Source: Paragordius varius (Eukaryota; Animalia; Nematomorpha). Taken from it: 64,000 nt of DNA. The translations under genes were made by a program, and so were the position numbers. The notes beneath the pieces were generated by a model. It ran no database searches. It was not told the DNA's origin and worked only from the letters and a program-made list of their open reading frames with translations. Position 1 is the first letter of the stretch, and every line of letters begins with the position of its first letter. Of the stretch, positions 1 to 12,600 are shown piece by piece. Location: contig OZ176055.1 of NCBI GenBank assembly GCA_964247055.1, positions 4,712,001 through 4,776,000 on the forward strand. Reading direction: 5' to 3'.

Positions 1-1
1 T

Positions 2-361
2 CAAATAAAAGATTTAGTCAAAAATTCGGAAAATATAGAAAAACTTGATGTTGAATGGCATAGAAAATATCTGAAGTTGGCTGAAATTAAAAATGCCCCG
101 CAAAAAATCCTCACATATGAGGAGGAATTTCAAAAATTGTCAGATACTACAAAAATTTTTGAAGAGGTTTACTTTTTTATGAAAAGTTATTTGAAAAAGT
201 TAAAAGAGATTGGTGAGAAAGCAAAAGAACCGAAAAAGGAAATTATTACGGAACAACCCTCAAAACCAAAAGGGATTGGAAATTTTTTAAAGAAATTTGG
301 ATTGAATCTATTTTTCTTTGGAGTTCAGGAGGTGTGTAGCCATATAAGGGGTTACACATAG
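2..361 (+). CDS. Partial ORF or exon of an unidentified Lys/Glu-rich protein, open from the window edge
   Basis: Frame is open from nt 2 (QIKDLVKNSENIEKLDVEWHRKYLKLAEIK...) through the listed 77..361 ORF, about 119 codons without a stop in very AT-rich DNA. No motif recognised. Confidence 0.4.
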   Translation, partial: QIKDLVKNSENIEKLDVEWHRKYLKLAEIKNAPQKILTYEEEFQKLSDTTKIFEEVYFFMKSYLKKLKEIGEKAKEPKKEIITEQPSKPKGIGNFLKKFGLNLFFFGVQEVCSHIRGYT

Positions 362-389
362 GACTCTGTTTTATTTTATATTCTATATT

Positions 390-392
<3 letters not shown>

Positions 393-420
<28 letters not shown>
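393..420. repeat. (TA)n microsatellite
   Basis: Direct reading. Similar tracts occur at about 23944-23980, 34908-34942 and 37310-37340. Confidence 0.9.
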
Positions 421-423
<3 letters not shown>

Positions 424-1852
424 CATATTTATATATAAAATATAAAATAAATTATAAAAAAATATATAATCAATAACTATCGAAATTTTACAGTGATGGC
501 AAAATAATAATAAAAATAAGTTCCTCTAATCAAAATAAACATCTAAAAATGGTTAAACTGTCTTAAATGTGTATAGATTTATTTTATATGGCGATGATTC
601 TAAAAAATATTTTGTCAATCTCATAATAGCAATCCATTTTGCGTTTGGTAAAATTCATTATATAAAATTATATATTTCCCCTTTCACTTAGTTTTATATC
701 AGAGGGTAATTTATAATTATATAAATTTGATATACTGTCTCTAAAGTTTATTATCTAGATATCATACGCACAGTAAATACTCTCAAGAAATAATGGTTAC
801 AAAACAGCATTGCTAATATTCGTTTAGATCTATATTAAATATAGTTAACTTTGTTTTGTATAAATCTACATTTAAAAGAACTGTTAAGTAAAATCTGAGT
901 GAATCCGGAATTTTGTGAAAGCAAAGAGTAAATAAAACGTGTTAATTTTTATAGCAATTTGAAACATCGAGCCTCTACCGCAGTAAAATTTAATTGATAT
1001 CGAATTTCCAAATAAATATTTTAAAGGCATAATTCTAACAAGTAATCAAGTAAAGGGTGTAGTGCCGGAAGATCGTCGGCCACCTGCCGTCAAGGCATGA
1101 CCTACCCACCCCTAACTCATAGATTTCAGAGCAGGGAAATCCAACAAACATGAAATGTATTAGCTTATGTAGGTGACAATATGTATGAACAGCTGTCTAA
1201 AAAAATTATTTGGATCACCGAAACCGTTTTTAATGAAACCGCAATACATATGGTGTCATCTGTAATAAATTTTATTACATAAATTTTTCAATTTCAAAGT
1301 CCAAAATTTGTATATAAAAGCATATAAAACAATAAATGCAAAAAATCAAATACAAAGAAACAGCTGATGATTTTTGATATGCCTTTTTACAACGCAAAAC
1401 GGTTAACTAGATGTAATAAAAAGCTTTATTAATTAAAATATCTCATTTAGCTTTAAAAAAATTAGTGTAAAAGCGTTTTGGGTGTCTGGCATGCGATAGA
1501 TTTTGCGCTTTGTTTTACCTATGTTTATTTCAAAATCCTAGACCATTTTCTATTTGCACGATAGCGTAAAATAGCAAAATAGAGCACATTATTTTTAACA
1601 AATTTTTTTAGGTAAAGCTTAATGCTCAATTCAAAAAATAAAATTATAATATATGATATATTATATTTGAAAAAGAATATATTTATAAAAAATATGATGT
1701 GGGCTAGTTTTTTATAATATATCGAAAAATGTGGAGATTTTGCGACAAAACTTCTAAAATATGGTATATCGCATAAAAAACATGTTGAAAAAGATGAACA
1801 CTTTTTTCAAAATTTAAATTTTAGCAAAAAAATTTTGAGCGTGCTTCATACT

Positions 1853-4206
1853 TAGGGTGACCAGACGTAAAATTTTTTTTAAATACATTTAAATTTTTTA
1901 TAAAAAAATTATTTTTTATCCGTTTAAATTTTTTATCATTAGGTATGTTTAAAATCTATATCAATTTAAATTAAAATTTTTTATTTTTTTAAATTTTATT
2001 TTTTCGAATTTATATCATATGATTACACACTTAGCTTCCTACTCCTACTTCCAACATTATCAAAAAGACAAATTAATATCACAAATCGGTAGCTTATACG
2101 TTTACTCCAGAAAATTAATAAAATATTTTTTTCTACTAATAAAAGACAAATTAATACCACAAATCGGTAGCTTATACGTTTACTCCAAATAATTAAGGTA
2201 ATATAATATTTTTTAAACTAAAATTAGTTTAAAAATATGAATAAAGAGGTTGTAAATTCAACTATGAATTAATGAAAGAATTTCCTTTTATCAAAAAACG
2301 AAGAATGAATCATTTGTTAAATGTTCGTTTTTCGAGGGGAATTACCCTAGCACATGGCGGCAAGCATGATATTACAAAGCATATGGAAACAGAGAAACAT
2401 AAAAAATGTTTAGATATGGCGGCATCATCTCACAAAATGAGCGATTTTTATCGAAAAACCGCTTTTGGAGAGGAAGAAAAGAATTTGACACTAGCCGAAG
2501 GCATTTTATTTTTTCACGCCGTTAATCACAATCATTCCTTTAGATCTATGGTTGTACCTCACAGCTTATTCGTACCTTATTCAACAAAAAATTTACATGT
2601 GTCCACACAAAGGCTGAAGCCATTGAATGCAATGCCTTTCGCCACATGCATTTTCTGAAATACAAAATCTGAAAATTAATTTCATATCGCTATACTCTGA
2701 TGCATCAAATCACAAGGAAACAAAATATTTCCCACTTTATTAAAATATTTTGGTCCAGAAACCGGAGTAAAATTGAAATTTTAAATTTTATTTCTCTACC
2801 CGGTGCGAATTCCGACATAATTTTACTTCAATAATGAATATTCTAGGGAAAAATAATTTAAAAGACAAAATCATCGCATATTGCGGTGACAACACCAATA
2901 CGAACTTCGGTGCAAAAGCAAGGAGGGGAACAAAAAATAATTTTCAGTAATTAGCAGATCATCTTAATCAAAACATTATTGACGTTGGGTGTGTAGCGCA
3001 TATAATACACAACGCTATTCAAACAGCTGCTGATTTGTTACCCCTAGATGTGGAAAATGTAGTTGTTAAAATATATTCCTATTTTTATATATACATGGTA
3101 CGCGTTGAAACGCTTAAGGAATTCTGTGTAAATGCAGAAGCTCAATATCAACAAAGCTTGGATATTGTAGACCGTTGGTTAGCTCTTCTGACAGCTATCG
3201 AAAGAATATTAAAAATGTAATCCTTTAAAATCCTATTTTTTGTCACAGGACGAATGTCCTACAACTTTGGAAAAGTTTTTTGAAAGTGATTCTTCAAAAA
3301 TATGGTTAGAGTTCCTACATAATCAAGCTTCTCTCTTTCAAAATGTTATTGAATTGATAGAAGGTAACAAAATTTCGGCAATCGAAGTAGCCAATGAAGT
3401 TAGTAACCTTAAATTCCAATGTAATGTTAGAAAATAATTTTCATTAACCATCCGCAATATTATAAATAATATAGAAAAACAAGGTTAAATAAATCGCCAA
3501 GATATCCTGTACCATATAAAAATGTTTTATACAAAATGTAAAGATTATTTGGAAGACTGGATGGTGCAATTCAATAAAATTGTTTATTTTCATTAACATT
3601 AAAACCAGAATTTAAGTGGTGCGATGTTTAAAAATCATTTGATTACATCTGCATATCCGAAAAATTTCCAAATCTTTTAGAAAATGATCTTTTTTTTGAA
3701 GAATCATTAGTTAAAATATACTGAGAATGAAAAACAAATTATGGACAAGAGAAAAAAAATACAGTAGAAATGAAATTGTTAGAAATATTTCATCATTTTG
3801 AAACAAACTATGTTCCATACAATATTTTAAAAATTGTGGCATTCGCATTATCTTTACCTGTAACCAACGCTGCTACTGAGCGCGCTTTTTCCACAGTAAA
3901 TCAGGTGTGGACATCAGAAAAATATTTAAATTTTGAAAAAAAACCATCTTATATAATTTGACAGATTCTTGTGAAGACTTCTACAATATTTTAAAAAATG
4001 ATGACAAACTGCTAAAATGCATTCGCTCAAATAAAATATACCAAAGAATAAAATATTTTTTTATATTTATAATGCATTTGTGTTAAAAATAAATAAATAT
4101 TACATTAATTTTTTTGTATAAAAATTTCTGCTTGTACCCCCTCCATGCCCCCCTTCCCTTTCTCAGATTTGTCCCGTTTTTTCCTTCAAAAAATATGGTC
4201 ACCCTA
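1853..4206 (+). mobile_element. hAT DNA transposon (Blackjack-like), 2354 bp, complete ends
   Basis: 11-bp TIR TAGGGTGACCA (1853-1863) / TGGTCACCCTA (4196-4206). Perfect 8-bp TSD TTCATACT at 1845-1852 and 4207-4214. Internal hAT transposase remnants. A 47-bp direct repeat lies at 2063-2109 and 2141-2187. Confidence 0.95.
2300..3961 (+). pseudogene. Fragmented hAT transposase
   Basis: Motifs are read in several frames: HGGKHDITKHMETEKH (Zn-binding-like), SDASNHK (first catalytic D), GDNTNTNFG (second D), GCVAHIIHN (CxxH), RWLALL, and NAATERAFS (catalytic E, dimerisation region). Multiple frameshifts and stops. Confidence 0.9.
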
Positions 4207-5689
4207 TTCATACTATTTTGAGGCATGATGGAAACGGTATAAAAGCGCTTTAAGATATTAATATCTTAAAGTTATCGTTTCCACCGTACTTCAAATTACC
4301 TGAAAACTTGCTTCACAAAACTTTGCTATAAATTAATTTTTAAGCTAAATACTCATCTTTTCGGAAAAATTTTCTTTAATATAAGCATATAAAGATTTAT
4401 CGCAATCCCGGCCTATTCACCTTTATAACCTATTTTAAACATTTCCGAAAATGGGTTTCAGAGCCCACATCTAATTCCTTTTTATACGCAGTTATATTTT
4501 TAGTGATATCTTTTGGAATGAGGCCTTTTGTGTTCACCAAAATTTTTTTTTATAACAAGCACAAATTTTACAATTTTTTGACATGAAGTTACCACAAAAG
4601 CGGTATAACTTTCTTATATCAACCGTAAGACTTAAAATGGCGGATTTGATGCCAATTTATAGATTGTGGGTTGCAAATTTAATCCGAATATTTTACCTTT
4701 TACTTATAATATTTTATCACACAAAACAATTTTTTCCGAGTTTACATATTAATCTCAATTCTTAAATTTTAAAAATTGTTAAAAACTCTTTATATAGTCA
4801 TAAAAAACCTGCAGTGGCGAGCTTTTTTAAATATCTATAAACAATTTGGAATGAACCAAAAAATATAATCTTTAGACTTAAATTTAATTAAGATATGTGT
4901 TAGATAAATTGTTTCAAGGGATAAGCATTTCCTTATTTAACTTAGATTAAGTTATATTAAATATTAAAATTCCAAATATTAAAAATGGCATAGCTTTGCA
5001 TTACACAATTGATTATGTCTTAATCCCATACTTTAAAACTTATCAATTTTAATAATGACGCGGACGACTCCAAAGAGCACTTAAGTCGGATTTTAAAGTA
5101 CCGCTAATCTTAATATAGTTTAACCATTATACAAATGTATGGTGTATAATGGGGGTAAACTGATTAATAATATTAATTAAACAAAGGAATAGCGTAAATA
5201 AATATTAATCCGTAGAAACAAAAATTCACCTTGTTTTTTGATATTATCATGAAAAAGTTGTGTAAAAATATTAATCCATTTTTTTCATCAAACTCTAATT
5301 TGAATTTAAAAATATTAATCCATTTGTTTCATCAAACTTTAATTTTAATTTATATAGCATAAACCTTAATTAATCTAACAAGATTGATTTTATGAGATAC
5401 TAATTAAAATTATAAGGCACATTTTTGATACTTTTTAACACTAAATTGATAAATGTAAATGCCATTTTTATAGCCCATATCCAATGAAGACTTTTTTTTT
5501 CAAATAATCCAGATGTTTATCCAGTTTTCTAAAAAAGTAACCCGAAGGACGTTTGAGCCTGTTAAAGATCATTGTGATTGATAACATATGGTATAAATCC
5601 GTATCTCTATTAATTTCCTAAAATCAAAAAGATCGATTTTAAGTTTAAACGAACACATTAAAAAAAATATAATATATAAAAAATCCATC

Positions 5690-6230
5690 CATGCATCCTT
5701 CCGTTTTAGGTCCCAGGGTATCTGGGGTTACCATGCACTAACTTTCTGAAGAATGTTTTATCACAGACTTGTTCGTGTTCAATATTAACTTACTTGTAAG
5801 ATATCTTGGGTCAGCTGTTTGGACCATGTGAGTTTAAGGCGGCCTTTTATGTTTGGGTCGGGTATGTTTAGATGTTGTATTTTTGCACCCAACGCTAAAT
5901 GAACAGAGATATGGGTTCTACTTCTTTTAGGGTATTATCAAGATTATTGGTTGAGTTTTTAGCATGTGATTTACAGCTCTAGTAAGTCTATATAAGTCTG
6001 TTGCTGTAAGAGCCAAGGCTCCTGTACCTTGTCATAGCTGGTCGTTTTCCATTGTGTAAATCTTTATCTTATGATTCGATTTAATATTTTTATAAGTTTA
6101 AATATATTTATTATTGAATTTAACCCATCCTTGTCTGATTCTATTATGGCATCCCCCAAAGAACCATCAGATGCTATGTAATCGCCAAGATATGGAAAAG
6201 ATGTTACAATTTCTAGTTGTCTCCATAAAA
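5690..6230 (-). mobile_element. RTE-clade non-LTR retrotransposon 3' fragment
   Basis: Minus-strand translation LEIVTSFPYLGDYIASDGSLGDAI..RIRQGWVKF and RPAMT.GTGA.AL...L.R..NHML is typical of the RTE RT C-terminus. Ends in GGAT-type tail repeats. Frameshifted. Confidence 0.75.
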
Positions 6231-6635
6231 TTTTAAAGTACGAGGATTAGCTATAGGCAATGGTATCGATAAAGCACATGGTGTGCAGACAAAATTATTA
6301 TTATTATTTAATTTTCCTTTTATATTGGAACTTTTTTTATGAACCCAACTCCATTATGAAAAATAAAGTTAATAAAATATCAAAATATAGATAAAGTGAA
6401 TGTTTAATTATTTATTATTAAATTAACTGTAAAATGCATATGATTCAATACTAATAATTGGAAAAATATATGAAATAATAATATATTATAAACACAGGAT
6501 GATTTGAGCATTATTAAAACAATAATTATATATCACACAATAGGTTTGTATATAAAAAGTTTGGGACTTTGCATGAAGATAAATTCTAAAATTAAAAATG
6601 CAAACAATATATTATAAAATATATAAATTAAAAAA

Positions 6636-9600
6636 TTAATGAACATGCCCGTCAAATGACTTTGATTTGCTATGTGATAACGACAACAAAGCATCATTGT
6701 GATACATTGATGTACAAGCGGCAGAGATTTGATTAAATTCTTTGGAGGGATTATTTTTTTGGTTTGTATTATCCAATCTGTATAACATTTTTCCGTTATG
6801 TCTCTGGTTGTTAGGGTGAAAATTTAAATCGGGCGTTGTGGAAACGGTTTTATTTTGTAATGAGTTGTTCAAACGAGAATTATAAGAGGATTGTTGAGAG
6901 TTGGAATTTTGCATCAATTTTAAGTTTGGGTTTGTAATGCAATCAGGAGCAAAAACACCGTTCTGAAGAGCAATTCGTTCATTAATAAATGAAGAATTAA
7001 AAACATGTTGTACATTTGAATCTCCGTTGTTTAATAACATATTATTTGGATAATTTTTGCGACCTATTTGCACAAAAAATTACATATGTGTTATGTGTTA
7101 AATATATATAATATACTTTTTGTAAATTTTAGACACACATAAGGCGAGCAAAACTATATAATATCAATACTACTACACAATTTAATCAACTTTTGGGCAT
7201 CTATAACATGAAAAGCCTTACTCATTTTTGAGGAATAAAAAACTGGTTTATTATGATGTAAATGGAAAGAGTCGGTTAAAGCATTGTTGTTTTGAATGAC
7301 AAACGGGTCTTGTGTGCAACAAGAAGGTTTTTGAATAACGCGACAAGAAGTTTTATTCGACTTCCTTGGTGGCAGTGATGGAGCCCTATCATCTACGTCT
7401 ACCAAAAAACTATGGTTGTTGGATGGTGTCTGTATTTTAGAATTAAGTTGCAAAATATTCACTGTAGTAGTTAATGGTTGATTGGCAAGATTTTCTGTTT
7501 TGTTGGAAATCACATCGGTGGGAGAAAATCCATTTCGATTGTTCTAAAATATGGCAAGTAGAAAAAGTAGAAAAATTGATATTATACAGACAAAACATAT
7601 AAAGACTAATAAATATTTTCCAAAGACAGTAATACGCTTTAAACCTAAATTTTTTAATATATATCTGATAGGGTTGCGAAAGTGGGTTAAGAAATTAATT
7701 GTCTATTAGTTTTTGAGTTTTGTCTGCACAATTCAATTCTTATTTTAACAAAGGCAAAAAATAAAGTAGATATCCTACCTTTTGCCTTAAAAGCGTGGTG
7801 GAAAGTTCATGTATTTTACTAGCTTCTGGATCCCAATGATATCCACCATCTTCGTCATCAAAATCATCGGTATCACCGTCTAACTCTAAAATTATTATAC
7901 ATTTATTGATATAATAAAAATCAAAATTATGAGAATAAATATATTGCTTTAAAAACCACATTTATATCTTCTTTTTCAATATAACATGTGATTGATTGCA
8001 TTTAAAAAATATTAAATTAAGTGTCAATTTACATCTTTACTCCTTAGTTTGCAACTTTAACGATAATAATCAAAAAATTAAAATATAATGTTTTTTTATT
8101 AAATAAATATTAGTCTTTCTTAATGTTTTTTGTTTTTGCTGTAATAAAATTTATGTAACTAGTATACTAAACTAAATTCAAAGGATATCAAATAAGCATA
8201 AATACATTAAAATATGTGACAAAACGACAATATATTAATATAAATTATAATCATAAAATATATTAAACAGCTAAGAAAAACTTGTCAATATAAGAATGGT
8301 TCGTAGTAACCATTATAAATTAAAAAGAAAAATTATTGTTTAGCGCAAAATAATTGCTTATTGCATTTAAAGCATACCAGCAGGACGTTGCAAGCCGTTA
8401 GGCAAGCCAAGATTTATATTTCGTTGCTTTTTAGTTCTGTTTTCTCGGGCATTTTTTGACGTTTTGGATGTGCTTTGTTTGGGGGAATGAATATTGTTGG
8501 CATTGTTAATGATATGTGTGGATGATGATAGGTTAGATTTGGAATTCATATTTTTTGATTCACCAGCCCTGTCATCGAAAATAAATGCATTTTGTGTTCT
8601 TTGATCATTGTTGCTTGTGATTGGCAAAAAGGGAGCCGGAGATGGTATAATGTTTGAGGTCCACGCATCTACTGTGATTTCGTGACTGCCCTTAATTTCC
8701 GACCGACAAAATGGACAAAATTGGCCACCTTGTGAATCCTATTTCCCAAAAATAGATGTAATAAATTAGTTTGCGACCAGAAATATTTAAAGATTTGCAA
8801 TATAATCAGTTTTATTAGGGATCCTTACTTTTAATGAAATTTTGGAATTGTAAGACTAAAAATAAATATGTACTTTTGTTTTATGATTAAAACTAATTAT
8901 AAAGATATATCAACACTAAAAAATTTACCTAAAAAAATAACACATATATCAGTCAAAAGCAACATTTTTTAAGGAAAATGAACATTTTTAGAAATCCAAT
9001 TTGATCTAAATGGAAATTTTTCAGTTGTCTATGCTTGAAAATATGTTGCGTTTGCCTAAAAAATGTCGCTTTGACTGAAAATGGCATATCATTTTTTTGG
9101 AAATATATTTGAAAACTAACCGTATCTAATTTATATTTAATTTATTATACCAAATCTTTTGCTTTAAAATTTTTTACGTTCGAATATTTTGATTTAGCTG
9201 AATATATATAATTTTCTAATTTTGTGTCATAATGTTATTTAATAAAAAATAATTTTTTAATCACTATTAAATGTAATTATATCGTTGATATTAACGCATT
9301 TAATAAATACGATTATATTTTTTTGACAATTCATATTAGTTAACAGAAGGCAAATTATAAATAAACAGGCTTTATTAAAATGCATATTAGATAACAATCT
9401 GCAAAATATATTAAAACATATATAATAAATAAAAATTATTAAGTGAAAACCGGAGTCAAATTGCATAGTATTGTGGACAAGGTGTAATTAAAAGATTTTA
9501 CTTAAATTTTTACCAATTAAAATGGGACTAAGGAGCAAGTATTCAGAGTTTTAAAAGCGTAATCAATATAGATCCAACTAGAAAATTTAATTTAACACAT

Positions 9601-12600
9601 TTAAACAGAAAACTTGTAATGTTTTGTAAAAGACAATAAAATACCTGCCAACTCCTGAGACAAGATTTGCATAATAAATGACCGCATGGTTCAAGTTGTA
9701 TGTTTTTATCGTTTTCAGAACAAATTTTACAAAGTTGATACGTTGTCCCTGTGTTAACATGATATTAAATGATACATGATTAGTCTAAGATAAAAGTTCT
9801 ATAAACGTTAATTATTGGGAAAACGTTTAGGATGCTAAATAGGGTTACAAACTATGAAGTTAATGATGTATTAAGTCTATGTTTGCCTAATTAATATAAT
9901 ACATTCAAAATCGTTATACATCTGAATCGGTAATACAACATTTTGCTTCTTCCAATAATAAGAATCATTATAGATAGAAAAGAGTATAAATTATCATATT
10001 TTAATTTGATATTTTATGTTTAAAAAATTAATCAATCGATCAAACAACAAGTTAAGAAAACTTACCAGCTTTACAGTAAATTTCATATTGTTCTCGACTA
10101 ACTTTGAGTCTGTGATTCGGATTTTTTGATGCGCCATCGACGGCTAACATGAGCATTTGCTTCAAGTAGGTTTGCAAATGGCCAATTTTGCTGCTGGCAG
10201 GCACATTACTTGCAATAAAAATAAAATTGTCAAGATAAAAAGTAAAAAATAAAAGAGACACATTTTAGAAAAACAACCATATTTTTGTTAAATTTTGCAT
10301 TTTATAAAACTAATCTGGATTGTAAAATTAGGAAATAGAGATGTAAATTGGTAGCGATGTGTGAACAAAGGATTTAAAGCCTTGGTGCCTTTTAAGAAAA
10401 AATATTTGACTTTTAGCTTTTTGTATCATAATCTCAATCTTTACTTTACTATACAAGAGTTGTCCATTACGATGTCATTAGAAGTTAAAAGGCCTGTGCT
10501 GAGAGTTGAGAGGAGAGAATGAGTTTGCTGTCCCTTGAAATGGTGGTGTGTTGGATTAGATATGGTCGTTATTACTATATCGTCATCATCGGTAAGACCA
10601 TCCGGGTATAAATAACTAATTTGTTAAATAAGTTAGATTAAAAACACAAATTATTTGATGTCTACACTAATTCAAATTACAGTAAATCGGGAAAATCAAT
10701 ATCAAGTAATTTAAAATAATATCATAACAGGATTATTTGAAATTATTTGATAATAATTCTTAGTATTTACTGTTGTTATGGGGCCGTGTTAAAAAATAAA
10801 AATTCATTTATATAATGTTATGGTAAAATACAAGATACTTTCTTTCTAAATAACAAATTATAGAGACAAATGAAAAAATTATATATTTAATTATTATGCT
10901 AGGCAAATAGTGCATATATGGTAAGATGTACATTGTTAATTGTGTGTGAAAATAGCTAAAATGCGAAAATCATCTCTTAGTTTTCAAAAAAATAATTATT
11001 TTGACATGTAATGGAACAAATAACTGCATTTATGAAAAACAAATATATTTAAGAAATTTAGTTAAATTTGGGGTGATTTTGGGACACCCAAAATCACCAA
11101 AAAAATAAGTTTTGATAAAAGATAATCAAAGATTCTGCCCTTAAACACCGAGACACCTTATAACGTTTATTTAATTATTCATAATATATTTATTAATTTA
11201 ACAATTTCATTTTCTTTAGAAAATTTATATATTAGTAAAGTATTCAATCCAATAACAACTAATATTTTAAGGGTAATTTGAGAAAAATTTGGTTTATTTA
11301 GGCGATATAAAATATTCAATTTTTATAATTAAAACTAATGGTGGAAAAATAAGCAATCTGAATATTTGGCCTTATTAAATATTTTTAATTCGTACAAACA
11401 AATGATTGCCAATTTTATTGCTATTTTTAAGGAAAATAAACAAATTCAGATTTAAAATTGTTCCCAAAGTTTTCAAAAAATTAGATAGAATAAATATATT
11501 AAAATATCTTACAATCCTTCCTGGTAGCCTTCATACAATGCCTGACAAAGGGACATATTTTGCAAGATTGTTTGCAGAATTTTTCCATCCCGTGCAACAA
11601 AACCAATAGCCCACTGGCCTAGCCGCGTGCAACTTAGGCGATACACATAACTAACAAACAAGAACATGTAAAATTTTAATAAATGTGTTTTGAATTTACA
11701 AAAATAATGTAAAAAAACGGTCAACAAATTTAAAAAAATCAAAAAATTAATTATTTTTTAGCATTTAAAATTTTAGTAAAATTTTAGAAAAGAAGTATAA
11801 TATATTCAGCTTAATTAATAAATTATTTTTAACTATTGCGGAAATAAGAAAAATATTAATGACCACCTATTGTCAATTATCAAAATAATTTAAAATTTAA
11901 GAACTGACTTTCGTTATAATCAAAAATGGATTATTTAATTATTATTCGGAAAAAAATTATTTAGAACCTTCCAGGTTTGTCCTGATGCTTGGATAATCGT
12001 TCTTTGACCTCTTCATAAGTCATGAAGGCCATATAGCCAGGATGTACGACTGCAAGCAATATCCAGTTTTGAAGAATTGAATTCCAAGGTTGAAATAAAC
12101 TGATTAATATAACGCAAAAATTAAATATTTCGGGTTAACTTTGAAAAAGTTGTAAAAACGCAGCTTTTTCTCAAAAAAAATCTTGGTTTTGCCACTAAAT
12201 AAATAATTAACATTTTGCCAACCTCAAGCTCCCTACAATTAATTAAAGGTCTGTGATGATAAAAAAATAGCGCTGGACAATTTTCTAAAAGAAACTAACA
12301 ACTAATCAAAAGTATTGAAACCGTGATGTATGACATGTTGAACAAAGTTAAACCACTATTTGTGCTGTACACATGAGACTACACAAAAATTTTTTACTAA
12401 AAAGGATCCTATTATTGTCCAGCATAACAATGCCAAAAAATCTTTTGTCCGAAAACAAATCCACATAAAGTTTCTTCAACACTTCATAATCTTTTGTGGT
12501 AGTTTTCCAGAGGCATTAAAATCCAAATATCTTAAAAAATATTTTTAGTATTGGGCCAAATTTAAAAATATGCTTTCTTTAGCTTTTTAACGCATTAAAA

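Larger units (their letters stand above)
1700..4560. mobile_element. Decayed copy of the ~1.2-kb foldback family, interrupted by the hAT insertion
   Basis: Rejoining the hAT flanks gives ...gcttcatact-attttgaggcatgatggaaacggtataaaagcgc, matching ttcatactattttgagtgatggaaacggtttaagaacgc at about 15588. Outer limits are approximate. Confidence 0.6.
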
